From a virus: DNA of 40,116 nucleotides. The position numbers and the translations under genes are program-made. The stretch is from positions 1 through 40,116 of the IMG/VR virus record IMGVR_UViG_3300032132_000754. The stretch is one strand, 5' to 3'. How positions within the stretch are numbered: the stretch's first letter is position 1; the number at the start of each line of letters is the position of its first letter. The notes under the pieces are model-generated. The model was given only the letters and a program-made list of their open reading frames with translations. It made no database searches and had not been told where the DNA came from. Below are positions 17,485-27,312 of the stretch, one piece after another.

Positions 17485-19063
17485 AGTTCGCTTTTTCAAA
17501 ATAGAACTTGACGTTAACATTTCCGAGAGTGATTAACTCATCGAATCCAACCTGACTATCCGGAGCCGTAACAGCGCCATCCTTAGATTGAATGATGTCG
17601 TCTGTTGGTTCACGAAGCTGAATAAATTTAACGCCTTCTACTTCCTGCAAAGCACGCTCTAATTGGGAAGTATAAAGCGGCTGACCTAAATCGAACATCG
17701 CAATATCAAAGAAGTTTGCAATAACAGCATCAACCTTATTTTTAGCAATAGTTGGATCCGCGCTTCTATATAACACCACATTGGCTCTTAAATCAACAGG
17801 TTTGATAGCAGCATCAACAACCCTGACTTCACTAGTCAACGTATTAATGTCAGAAATAGATGTTTCAAGACCAGTTTTTAAACCAACACTTGGCAATACT
17901 GGAATTCCACCTGGGCCTTCCGCAAGAATATGCAAGAAAACGATATTAGCATTCAATGATGTTTTAACAGATGCTACTGCCTTCAATACGCTGCCGAAAA
18001 TCGGATGGGCAAACCCTTTGGCTTGCACTGCATAATCTTCGCCACTGGTAGCAGAAGACAAAGCCGCACTCTCCTTTGGCGCTCTCAATTTAGCAGCTTC
18101 CAGCGTTTCGCGGTTAGTCCCACCACTTGAAGGGTTAGGATTTCTGAACAAAACCTCTACAGAGAATCTGGCCGGTGGGTTAGGGTTAACTGGCCTAGTT
18201 TCATTGATAGTATTGGCACTAATCCTACCACGCGAACCTCCGCCAACTCTAAATTGTACAGTAGCAATTTGTCCAGCTAGCAACGACCGACCAGCTCTAT
18301 CGTTTCCGAATCTAATTATAACGCGATCTTCTTTAAATTGAACTTCGAAAACTTTGTCTTGTGGGCCAGACCTCTCTAACGTATCAACCCGACGCCATTC
18401 TTCAACAATGCCACCAGTCTGGATCGATACAATGATTGGTTCATCTAAAACATTAGATTCTAAAATTTCAATTTCTTGACCAGGGCCACCAGCCGATTCA
18501 ACGGTGAAAGGAGCAATGAATTTGCCTTCTATGCCAAATCCGATAACTCCACGTGTCCCTGGAAAAATAGTGACTGGGCTAGTAAAATCCCCAGGTGCAC
18601 GGTATAATTCATAAGTAAGACCATTACCATCAGGCCCAGTCAATACAAATTGAAGGCCAGGTGGAATGTTCACAGCAGTAACGACTTCAGAAGCAACGCT
18701 GACTTCGATATCGACAACTGCCGGAGTGGCCTTTTTGATAGTGTTGTTAATTAATGCTAAATGTTGATCTACTGCGTCTGCCGTTTGAGCAGTTGGTAAA
18801 AAACTTTCATCAACCAGGATGTCACTACGTTGAGACAAAATGCTGGCTACATAACTTACCAATTCCATGACCATAATAATACCGTTGCTAGCAACGAAAT
18901 CGTTAAATTGCTCTGGAAAATAAGTTTTAATATATTCAATCATAGCCCGACGCATCTCTTGGAATTCAAGAGCGCTGAAATCGATCCTACGTAAGTTGGC
19001 CGGTTCTAAAACTACGCCAAACTCTTCCGGATCGGTCGGCAATTCGAAAAATGTTTCTGCCAT
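17477..19063 (-). CDS. gp6: Baseplate wedge protein (T4 gp6 / baseplate J-like)
   Basis: IDFSALEFQEMRRAMIEYIK..FNDF, ESFLPTAQ, IRFGNDRAG, GGTNRETLE, EDY. Confidence 0.9.
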   Translation of the reverse strand: MAETFFELPTDPEEFGVVLEPANLRRIDFSALEFQEMRRAMIEYIKTYFPEQFNDFVASNGIIMVMELVSYVASILSQRSDILVDESFLPTAQTADAVDQHLALINNTIKKATPAVVDIEVSVASEVVTAVNIPPGLQFVLTGPDGNGLTYELYRAPGDFTSPVTIFPGTRGVIGFGIEGKFIAPFTVESAGGPGQEIEILESNVLDEPIIVSIQTGGIVEEWRRVDTLERSGPQDKVFEVQFKEDRVIIRFGNDRAGRSLLAGQIATVQFRVGGGSRGRISANTINETRPVNPNPPARFSVEVLFRNPNPSSGGTNRETLEAAKLRAPKESAALSSATSGEDYAVQAKGFAHPIFGSVLKAVASVKTSLNANIVFLHILAEGPGGIPVLPSVGLKTGLETSISDINTLTSEVRVVDAAIKPVDLRANVVLYRSADPTIAKNKVDAVIANFFDIAMFDLGQPLYTSQLERALQEVEGVKFIQLREPTDDIIQSKDGAVTAPDSQVGFDELITLGNVNVKFYFEKANFN

Positions 19064-19470
19064 TAGAGCACCTGTTGCTGAGACGGAACAATAGCTTGTG
19101 GGTTAACTGTTGAAATATCTACTGAAAGAATGATGTTTGGGTCTCTAGACAAAGCGCACAAAACAGTGATGGCTAAAAAATGATTATCTGGATCTCCAGT
19201 AATCTTTACATCCCTAAACTTAACTCTAGGCTCGTATAAAACGATAGCTTCGCGAATGCTATCCTTCAAGCCGCTGATATTTTCAGCGTAAATCAATTCG
19301 AACGGGAACTTTCTAATTTGAGTTCCGAAACTAGTTCGCATGCGCCGTTCTTTAGGAGAAGTAAGAAGAAGTTGTTTTAGATCGTTTTTAATCAATCTAA
19401 GCTCTGCCTGAGGTGGCAGAACCTCTCTGTTCTTAATAATGAATGGGAAATTAAATCCTACCAATGCCAT
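19063..19470 (-). CDS. gp25: Baseplate wedge / sheath initiator (T4 gp25-like)
   Basis: IKNDLKQLLLTSPKERRMRTSFG, AIVLYEPRV. Confidence 0.92.
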   Translation of the reverse strand: MALVGFNFPFIIKNREVLPPQAELRLIKNDLKQLLLTSPKERRMRTSFGTQIRKFPFELIYAENISGLKDSIREAIVLYEPRVKFRDVKITGDPDNHFLAITVLCALSRDPNIILSVDISTVNPQAIVPSQQQVL

Positions 19471-19471
19471 A

Positions 19472-20206
19472 TTATCTCACCAACTCCGAAACTTTAAGAA
19501 CCAATTTGTGAATGTCAGCGACTTCTTGTGCCGTAACATTGCGTTCAGTGATAAGATCTGCTAATTTGTTATTAAGATCTACGTCATTTCCAGAAAGTTT
19601 TTGGAAAATTGGGTCATCCGACGTCGCACCATCTGGTAAACCAAGAATAGTTTGAACGGCTCTTAATGCTTTGTTATTTTCATTTATTGTTTTTTGTGTT
19701 TCTCTAATTTCGTTATCAAAATCTTTAAGCTCATTCTGTTTCTGAGCGAACTCTGCTTCCAATTCTTTTTGTCGTACCGCAGATTGCTCTTCCAAACTTT
19801 CAATTTCTTCCTGAGTCAGCCCCAAGTTTTCTAGATTCAACATATTGGTATTATGTTGGATTTCGATATCGTCAGGAGATCTGACATTAACTAGATCTTC
19901 TGTCGGAATGCCAACCTCGAAATCCAAGATCTCGCCAACTTCAAATGTTTTGGCGTTTGAAGCACCAATTAGGTTTCTACTGCTTTGCACCAAACTAAAA
20001 ATCAATTCGCCAAATTGTTCACGGCGATCTTTTTCACTATGGACTTCGTCTGGGGCTGTAGCAAGTTCTTCTGCGATCGGAAGCTGTAAAACAGTGATGT
20101 TAGCCCGTGGCGGATCTTGAGTACTAATAGTATAAGTCACATTGCCAGAGCTATTCTCTGTAGGAAGTATGCCTTTATACAATCCTGTTGGGGCTGTGAT
20201 GATCAT
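19472..20206 (-). CDS. Hypothetical protein with C-terminal coiled coil (baseplate module)
   Basis: 244 aa between gp5 and gp25; heptad-rich C-terminal half. Confidence 0.75.
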   Translation of the reverse strand: MIITAPTGLYKGILPTENSSGNVTYTISTQDPPRANITVLQLPIAEELATAPDEVHSEKDRREQFGELIFSLVQSSRNLIGASNAKTFEVGEILDFEVGIPTEDLVNVRSPDDIEIQHNTNMLNLENLGLTQEEIESLEEQSAVRQKELEAEFAQKQNELKDFDNEIRETQKTINENNKALRAVQTILGLPDGATSDDPIFQKLSGNDVDLNNKLADLITERNVTAQEVADIHKLVLKVSELVR

Positions 20207-20210
20207 AACG

Positions 20211-20218
20211 TATATTTG
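20211..20218 (-). promoter_or_regulatory. Putative late promoter CAAATATA, 4 nt before ATG
   Basis: TAA-CAAATATA-CGTT-ATG; no SD. Confidence 0.6.
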
Positions 20219-22837
20219 TTACGCGTTAGGGAAGAGCGGCGGTTGTGTCAATTCATCCTCACCAATTTCGAAGACTTCAATATAACCCTCAAATGGGATA
20301 TCCTGATTAAATGCCAACACTTTATCGTTCCCCGGAACGTCTTCTAGCACTACAGGATCAGGTAATGCTCTAATTCTAAGAATAAGCGAAAGATCGCCAT
20401 AACGTTGTTGCGATAACATGGCTTGATCTTTGCCACGAGCATAATCCAAGGTTTTAGAAAGATGAATCTCTTTAGCTTCCTGACCTGGAACAGTGTTAGG
20501 GGTATTCAAATGATTTACAATTGATGCAAGAGTCAACCCAGATTCACGAATCTCATCCGTAAACTTGTTAGATAGTCCATACCATAGAACTCCATCTCCG
20601 CCGACTGCTTCAGCGATCGGATCTGGCACTGGGTCCGGTGTTGGGACAGGATTTGATCCTGGCTCGGTTGGAACATTTGGTGATGTTGGTGGGAAATCTG
20701 GTGGCACGGGCGCTCCTGGGCCTGAAGTCGGCAATCCGCCGCCACCGCCGGATCCAGCTCCACCGCCACCGCCGCCGCCGGAAGGACCTCCAAAGACAGA
20801 GGGTGGCACAGGACCCTTAGCTGGTTTTTGAGGATCACAACCACGCTCTTTGTCGAAGTCTTCTGGCTTCTTACGTGCGATCATCTTCTTCTCGAATTTA
20901 CATGGGCTCGCGCTACGTGGGTCAGGAGCCGATTTGGTAGGACCTGGTGTAAAACAAATGCCATCGTGTTTGCCGGTCATATTGAGACATTGGATTTTCT
21001 TATCGGTTCCAATCCCAACTTTGTCGATTACGTGCTGCGTTCCATCAGTATTGAAGGCGACCTTCTTGGCTTTAAAGCCAATTTCGCCCTTTGGTGCCTC
21101 AAAACAGATATTACCTTCATCAGACTTGATATGGATATCTTTCTTGGAGTGGATAATGATCTTGCCTTTTTCGTTTCGTAGCATAATGGCATCGTCATTA
21201 TCATCAAAAACGATAAACAATTCTCCGGTCTTATTACGAATTAGTAACCACTGATCGACAATGGACATCCATACGGCACGATTTTCACTATCTCTAGATT
21301 CTGTCCATTGACCACATGGAGCCTTCTTACCACGAGCCTCGAATCCAGCACCATCAGGCGTCTTCAAACGCACATAATCGTTTTGTTTATCCAATTTTAG
21401 GTGGCAAGTGTTAGATTCTGGATCGTTGCTAATACCTGTTTTACTGATATGCCGAGGCCGAGTCCTTGTCTGCTCTGGGCTCATTTCCGTATGCAATTCA
21501 TCAGATTGCGAAGTACACAAAATGATGTGTTGCCAACGATCGCTAATCTCAAAACATTGTTCTTTTGGAGTAGCAAACATTATATGATCAAGTTCTGGCT
21601 TATCAACAAATTGCATTTGATAACCCTTTCTTGATCTCATCATAATCCCGTTTCCGTGAGGCGTTTTGCTTTCTCCGGACGTTGGGCTAGAACCGCGATC
21701 GTCCAAGAATAACTGATTGCCGTGACGAGTAATAAGCCGGATCATTCTGGAGTCATCTCCGATTTGATCTTCCTTATCGTGCTCTACTCCAAATTCTGAA
21801 CTGTTAAGTTTTTTATAGAAATTATCAGCGACAGGATCGAAACCCTTGTCGAAAAGTTCTAATAGGTGGCCGCCCTTAGAACGCAGTTTTACCCAACGCT
21901 CGTCTCTTCCTTTAGAATCACCAATTGTTTTTTGTCCTGCGTATTCTCCGGAACGAGATTTATCCCATCCAACATCACGCATTTCAATCATATGGCCTAG
22001 ACGAGTACGCCATTCCATACGACGTTGATCACGATCTTTTTCTTTTTGCTCGTTGAAAGCCTTTAACAGATATTTATAACGATCAACTTCGTAGCCTTGG
22101 TCTTGCTCGAAATCTCCTTCAAATTCTTCTTTCCATTTATATCCTTGGTCACCAAAAATCGACGTGTGTCCATATTTTGTACCCATGGCAATATACTTAA
22201 GATCGGGATCGTTTTCGACTGGTTTAGCAACATCAGCCTTAAATTTCCCTTTGCTAACAGCATCTGTTCCTAATGGAATTGGTTTTTCGTCGTGCGATTT
22301 AGGGAAAAAGCCATGAGCATTAAATAACAAGAAGTGTCCATAACGATCTGTAAATCCCATGCTCATAGGACGACCATCTTTAGGAAGATATTTCTTCAAG
22401 TGGTCATCGGGCGCTGAAGCTGGCTCGCCATCTTCGGTTACCGCAAGAGGACTCTTGATGTGATTAGACCACAACGGGTATGAACGACGTCTAGTTGGAT
22501 CACCAGCAGCACAATAAATCGGAACGTATGGATGATTTTTCTCATAACAAATCATCACAACGTCATCGATGGCCGCGTTGGCAAAAGACCCGGCATTAAT
22601 TCCGCCGCTCCACGGGGCAGGGATAGCCCATGGTAGTCTTTCTTTTTTAGTATCGATGTTGTGTAATTCTGGGATTCGAACCCTGCAGCGTCTAATATTT
22701 AGAGGGTCGTTTGTCTCTACAACAATGCCTCTATACCAACCGGAAAAACGATGGTGCAAGTCGGCGCTGCGACGATCGCCAAATCGTGCAAACAGGACAT
22801 CGAGGTTATCTTCATTAACGCTAGGGAAATAATCCAT
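20219..22837 (-). CDS. gp5: Baseplate central spike (gp5/VgrG-like) with C-terminal extension domain
   Basis: N-terminal OB fold WYRGIVVETNDPLNIRRCRVRIPELH..LPWA; T/S-x-x-G-H beta repeats; Gly/Pro linker; extra C-terminal domain of about 120 aa. Confidence 0.88.
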   Translation of the reverse strand: MDYFPSVNEDNLDVLFARFGDRRSADLHHRFSGWYRGIVVETNDPLNIRRCRVRIPELHNIDTKKERLPWAIPAPWSGGINAGSFANAAIDDVVMICYEKNHPYVPIYCAAGDPTRRRSYPLWSNHIKSPLAVTEDGEPASAPDDHLKKYLPKDGRPMSMGFTDRYGHFLLFNAHGFFPKSHDEKPIPLGTDAVSKGKFKADVAKPVENDPDLKYIAMGTKYGHTSIFGDQGYKWKEEFEGDFEQDQGYEVDRYKYLLKAFNEQKEKDRDQRRMEWRTRLGHMIEMRDVGWDKSRSGEYAGQKTIGDSKGRDERWVKLRSKGGHLLELFDKGFDPVADNFYKKLNSSEFGVEHDKEDQIGDDSRMIRLITRHGNQLFLDDRGSSPTSGESKTPHGNGIMMRSRKGYQMQFVDKPELDHIMFATPKEQCFEISDRWQHIILCTSQSDELHTEMSPEQTRTRPRHISKTGISNDPESNTCHLKLDKQNDYVRLKTPDGAGFEARGKKAPCGQWTESRDSENRAVWMSIVDQWLLIRNKTGELFIVFDDNDDAIMLRNEKGKIIIHSKKDIHIKSDEGNICFEAPKGEIGFKAKKVAFNTDGTQHVIDKVGIGTDKKIQCLNMTGKHDGICFTPGPTKSAPDPRSASPCKFEKKMIARKKPEDFDKERGCDPQKPAKGPVPPSVFGGPSGGGGGGGAGSGGGGGLPTSGPGAPVPPDFPPTSPNVPTEPGSNPVPTPDPVPDPIAEAVGGDGVLWYGLSNKFTDEIRESGLTLASIVNHLNTPNTVPGQEAKEIHLSKTLDYARGKDQAMLSQQRYGDLSLILRIRALPDPVVLEDVPGNDKVLAFNQDIPFEGYIEVFEIGEDELTQPPLFPNA

Positions 22838-22844
22838 GTCCTAT

Positions 22845-23174
22845 TTACAATTCTTCTGATACACGACTCACTGCTGGATATTCAATCACTTGACCATTTA
22901 GAGGCCAGGCTAACGGGTTTTCAATCCTATTGAAAATAGGAAAAATCCAGTGCAAATCGACGTTACCATAAATATCTTCAGCCAAGACATCAAGTTTTCT
23001 AGCTTGACTTGGAGTTACAGTATGGGTTATAATGTCTTTCTCTTCAAGATTTTTCCTATCCATAAACAGAAATTTCTTGGCGATGCCGAAAGTTTCATCG
23101 CCGTCTCTAGTTAAAATAGGGTCGCTTGTAACAAATCTGGAGTTGGATCGTACTCTAATTGGCATTAGTACCAC
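22845..23174 (-). CDS. gp53: Baseplate wedge LysM-like protein (T4 gp53-like)
   Basis: KLDVLAEDIYGNVDLHWIFPIFNRIENPL..GQVIEYP. Confidence 0.85.
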   Translation of the reverse strand: MVLMPIRVRSNSRFVTSDPILTRDGDETFGIAKKFLFMDRKNLEEKDIITHTVTPSQARKLDVLAEDIYGNVDLHWIFPIFNRIENPLAWPLNGQVIEYPAVSRVSEEL

Positions 23175-23791
23175 TCCTGCGCTGGTTTAGGATCGAGATT
23201 CTTATATGGTTCTCGCATTTCATTATCATCGGCGGCAATTTGAGTAACTAATTGTAGGTCCATCGACACTTCAGTTATAAGATGGAAAATCCCTTCGCTA
23301 TCTTTAATCTTAGTATCGCCATGTTTAATATTATAACTCATTCCACGCCAGGCTGAACTAAATGATCCAGCGCCTTGTGGCAAGTATTCCCACATTTTAA
23401 TGTAAAAAACCGGAAGTGTATCGCCAGCGCCTACATTTTGCATGTAGAAATATGCTTTCCAGTTATTAACCTCCCTTTGACATTTTTTAGTAGTCCAATT
23501 TCCACCGCCTTGGCCTCCACTTGGCCCACCGACTACATAAGTAGTAGTAAAAGACATTTTACGCGGTTCAGCTCCAGCATACATGTACTGCGGCTCATAA
23601 CCAGGAACATTATATAGCAATGGCCATTTAGCAGACTTGGTATCTGTTTTGATAATGGGAGGAAACTGAAACTGCATTACAGAATCAGTATCGCCAGTAA
23701 ACCCAGATACTGGGTCAGTAGAACCACATGCAACACGCAGAACTGATATGCTAAGTAAATCTTGGTCGTTTTTTGTTAATTCAAAAGGCAT
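23165..23791 (-). CDS. Tail tube initiator / baseplate-tube junction protein (gp48/gp54-like)
   Basis: FQFPP..DTKSAKW..EPQYMYAGAEPRKMSF tube-fold pattern; lies between tape measure and gp53. Confidence 0.6.
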   Translation of the reverse strand: MPFELTKNDQDLLSISVLRVACGSTDPVSGFTGDTDSVMQFQFPPIIKTDTKSAKWPLLYNVPGYEPQYMYAGAEPRKMSFTTTYVVGGPSGGQGGGNWTTKKCQREVNNWKAYFYMQNVGAGDTLPVFYIKMWEYLPQGAGSFSSAWRGMSYNIKHGDTKIKDSEGIFHLITEVSMDLQLVTQIAADDNEMREPYKNLDPKPAQEWY

Positions 23792-26700
23792 TATTTGCTA
23801 TTCTGCCAGTGCACAGCTGACTCTCCAAAACCAGTGCGTGATCTAAATGGGCTAACCTCATCGCCGCTAGATCGAGTAATTTCGGCAACCTTTTCCAGAG
23901 CAGCGGCAGCTCGCTCAGAATTAGGATCTTCCTTCTCAAGTATTTTCGCCAACAAAGTAACAGTTTCAGATTGTAGTGTAATTAAATTAGAGAAATGAAC
24001 GTTTGGATCGGTAGCTGCGCCATCGGCGAATTTAACTGTATAAATCGGAGCAGAATCGGTTTTAGTTGATTCTTTAGATGTAGCTTTTTGGGCTTTCTTC
24101 TCATCGCTTGTTATTCCTAATAAATTACCAATAGCTTTGAGAGGCGATGTAATTACATCAACGGCGGTTCCAACAGCGCCAGATATGAATTTGCCTACAT
24201 TATCTCCCATAGTAGTAGTAGCTAGATCATCAAAAACATCTGGGAAAGCGAAAACGCCTTCTGTCATCAATGACATCTGGTCAAGCATTTTCTTCTCAGA
24301 AGCAGCTTTCTTGGTTTTGTCTGCATCACCCTCTTCCTTGCTAACAAGCATTTTCTCTACTTGAAGCTTAGAAACTTCTTTAGGAGTTGATTTAGCTTGC
24401 TTCGATTTCTCTGCTCCTTCTTTAGCTTTAGCATCAGCAGAGTCTCCACCACCACCACCACCAAATAACCAGTTTACTGCCTCGCCAAGCATCTTAAACG
24501 GTGACAACAATGTGTCCACTACTCCAAACAAACTTGAAAAAGATGGCAAAATTTCATCAATTCCTTCAGAAATATGCAAGAACGAAGACCCAAATAAGAA
24601 ATCCTTCACAGTGGTAAATGCGTCTAGAACTGCGTTGATGGGGTTAGCCATATGCATTATAGTGTCAATGACTTCTCCGGCCCCATCGCTGATGCCTCTA
24701 AATCCTTCTATCATTGCATCAATCGGAGTCATAACCCATTCTAGTACTTCAATTAATTTTTCAAAAGGATATAAGATTGAATCGACCAATCCATCAAACG
24801 CCATCATGATAAAATCAACCACAACTTCTACAGCAGTATAGAGATATTTAAACGGCAATAAGGCGAATTTCACAATATAAGCCCCAAGTTTGAATATAAC
24901 TTTCAAAACTTTAGCGATTGCGCCTACTATACCAAATATGATTTTACCAAGCGATCTCATTATTGGCATGAACGGTTCCATAAATGCCCAAATGAATTCA
25001 CCCATAGCCATAATGGCTTCCATAGCTGGTTTAACAGCATCTGTGAACATCGACGCCTCACCAGTCATGTCCGTGAAAGCAGCGACCAATGGTTGAATTA
25101 GTTTAGTAGCCAAAGACATTAGAGGTGCTAATAGAGCCTCCAATTGTTGCTTCAATGTGCCCATTGATGTCTGAAATGCAGCAGCGGAAGTCTCACGAGC
25201 AGTAGCTGCATCAGTTTCCGCTGCTTTGGCAGCTAAGTGTGCAACACGTTCTGATTCGCTCATGGCAGCTAATTCTTCACGGTTTTGAATCTCCTTATCT
25301 AGCATGGCAACTTGGCTTGCTGACAAACCAGCTTGGGCTAAAGCTGCATCTTGAACACCTTTCGGGAGGCCAGCTAGCTGGCCCCTAAGTTGTTCATAGC
25401 CATCAACCATTGGGCCAATCCCATTTGCTAAAGCTCCTGGACCTTTAGACATCACATCATCCATATGGCCACCTAAGGCCATCAGCATAGTTGATGAGCC
25501 AGATAACGTACGAAGGTCATCATCGATTTTAGCGATTTCAGCCATGCTAACACCAGCACGCTTGGCTGCTGCCGCTAAACCACTCATAGCGTCAATATAA
25601 TCCTCGATTTCAGCATCGCTATAGATGGCATTCATTTGCATCAAGCTTTTATTCATCTGTCCAGTAATGTCATTAAGATCGCTACCTGTCAATCCGTATT
25701 TCTGCGCTCTAACAGTAAGCACATCAAACGCTCGCTGTTGTTGCTCCAACGTAAGATTGCTTTGTTGTAGCCTCTTCTGGAAGGTTGCAGTTGCTTGAGA
25801 ACTAGCTCCTGTCGTCTTGACGAAGGTGGCGTTCATCACAGCCAACTCTCTCAACGCAGCTTGACCAGTAATTATTTCCCCAGAAGTCGTCTTAATGCTG
25901 TCACCGAGGGAATCAAAAGCAAACCCAGCTTCAGAAATGTGTTTGACTGATTCCATCGTTTCTCTTGAAGCAATCCCTGTGGCAATGCTAGCATCATATG
26001 CCGACGCTGTCATTTCTTGTATGCTGCCGTTGGCTCTGAAGTTCGCTGTACGGAATTTCTCCATATCTGCAATATAAATGCTTATGGCTTTCTTCAAAGC
26101 TATAAAAGCAGTGACCCAGACCATAATAGACGCGACAATCAATGTAATGATCGCAATGGCAGCCCAACCTTTAGGACCTAGAGCGCCAAGTTTTGTTAAA
26201 ATTGGGCCAAAACGAGCAGAAAGACCCTTAAATGCCTTAGCAAGGCCACCCGCTGCTTTTGTAGTGCCAGCAGTAGTTTTACTAGCAGTTTTCATCCCGG
26301 TACTAACGTTTTTGGTCTTACCGCCAAGTTTTGCCATGCCATCGTCTAATTTAGAAGTCGCATTCTTGGCTTCTTTCATTTTAGAACCGACGTCTTTTAA
26401 CTTGCCTCCCATATCTTCACAAGATTTTGTTGTTTCCTTTGAACCACAAATTTTGCTTAAATCAGGGAGTGCGTCTTTGCTAATATCTGGCGTTTTGATG
26501 ATTTTGCTAAAATCGGGAACCATATCCTTGCCGAGAGCGCCAGCGAATTCACCCTTAAGATCCGCCGGATTAAACCCAAACAATGCTTCTACGATAGAAC
26601 CACCAGCTTGTTTAACTTCTTTATCGAGCCCGAGCTGTTTAGCGATAAATCCTACTGGGATTGATTTCATTAGCCCATAGAACATATCCCAAGATTCTTG

Positions 26701-27312
26701 CAATACAGCGATGCCACCAGTGGTGTCCTCGACACCAGATAGAAAGACACCATTCTTACCAAAAATGGAATCGATAACCTCCTTGCCCCTATCCAATATC
26801 TTAGTAAAACTAACCCAGCCTTCTTCAATCTTTTCAGTACGTTCACGCCATTGTAGCATTTGGTCTAATGATTGCTCGTTTAAATCGATAGTATCTTCAA
26901 GACCAATAACGCCTTCATTTTGCGATTTGAGCAGTTTAGCATAACCTTTTAGCTGCGCTTGGACAATAGAATCAAAAACAGCTTTTTGTTCCTGGCTTAG
27001 CTCCATATAATCAATTTGGCCTTCCATAAGACCGCCCCATGTAACGCCCAAAGATTCTGCTAAGATTTGTTGACCAGTTATGGCCGCTTTGATGGCCGGG
27101 AAAGACTCATGGTGGAAACCAGCTGTTTGTTGAATTTGCTCGTTGGCTGCACTGACGGCTGATTGTGCTCTTTCTACGGAGTTGCTATACTCTTTTACAG
27201 ACTCCGTAGCAGTTTTAAACTGCTTATGAGACTCAGATAGTCCTTCCCATTGAAGAACGAAGTTGAGGACCCCTAAAAGGTTACGACGGCCACCGCCCCC
27301 AGATTCAGCCAT
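23791..27312 (-). CDS. Tail tape measure protein
   Basis: 1173 aa Ala/Gly-rich helical protein with hydrophobic segments and amphipathic repeats, in the tail module. Confidence 0.85.
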   Translation of the reverse strand: MAESGGGGRRNLLGVLNFVLQWEGLSESHKQFKTATESVKEYSNSVERAQSAVSAANEQIQQTAGFHHESFPAIKAAITGQQILAESLGVTWGGLMEGQIDYMELSQEQKAVFDSIVQAQLKGYAKLLKSQNEGVIGLEDTIDLNEQSLDQMLQWRERTEKIEEGWVSFTKILDRGKEVIDSIFGKNGVFLSGVEDTTGGIAVLQESWDMFYGLMKSIPVGFIAKQLGLDKEVKQAGGSIVEALFGFNPADLKGEFAGALGKDMVPDFSKIIKTPDISKDALPDLSKICGSKETTKSCEDMGGKLKDVGSKMKEAKNATSKLDDGMAKLGGKTKNVSTGMKTASKTTAGTTKAAGGLAKAFKGLSARFGPILTKLGALGPKGWAAIAIITLIVASIMVWVTAFIALKKAISIYIADMEKFRTANFRANGSIQEMTASAYDASIATGIASRETMESVKHISEAGFAFDSLGDSIKTTSGEIITGQAALRELAVMNATFVKTTGASSQATATFQKRLQQSNLTLEQQQRAFDVLTVRAQKYGLTGSDLNDITGQMNKSLMQMNAIYSDAEIEDYIDAMSGLAAAAKRAGVSMAEIAKIDDDLRTLSGSSTMLMALGGHMDDVMSKGPGALANGIGPMVDGYEQLRGQLAGLPKGVQDAALAQAGLSASQVAMLDKEIQNREELAAMSESERVAHLAAKAAETDAATARETSAAAFQTSMGTLKQQLEALLAPLMSLATKLIQPLVAAFTDMTGEASMFTDAVKPAMEAIMAMGEFIWAFMEPFMPIMRSLGKIIFGIVGAIAKVLKVIFKLGAYIVKFALLPFKYLYTAVEVVVDFIMMAFDGLVDSILYPFEKLIEVLEWVMTPIDAMIEGFRGISDGAGEVIDTIMHMANPINAVLDAFTTVKDFLFGSSFLHISEGIDEILPSFSSLFGVVDTLLSPFKMLGEAVNWLFGGGGGGDSADAKAKEGAEKSKQAKSTPKEVSKLQVEKMLVSKEEGDADKTKKAASEKKMLDQMSLMTEGVFAFPDVFDDLATTTMGDNVGKFISGAVGTAVDVITSPLKAIGNLLGITSDEKKAQKATSKESTKTDSAPIYTVKFADGAATDPNVHFSNLITLQSETVTLLAKILEKEDPNSERAAAALEKVAEITRSSGDEVSPFRSRTGFGESAVHWQNSK

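Noticed and set aside
23795-26944. Series of plus-strand ORFs up to 200 aa
   Set aside because: In-register antisense shadows of the tape measure gene
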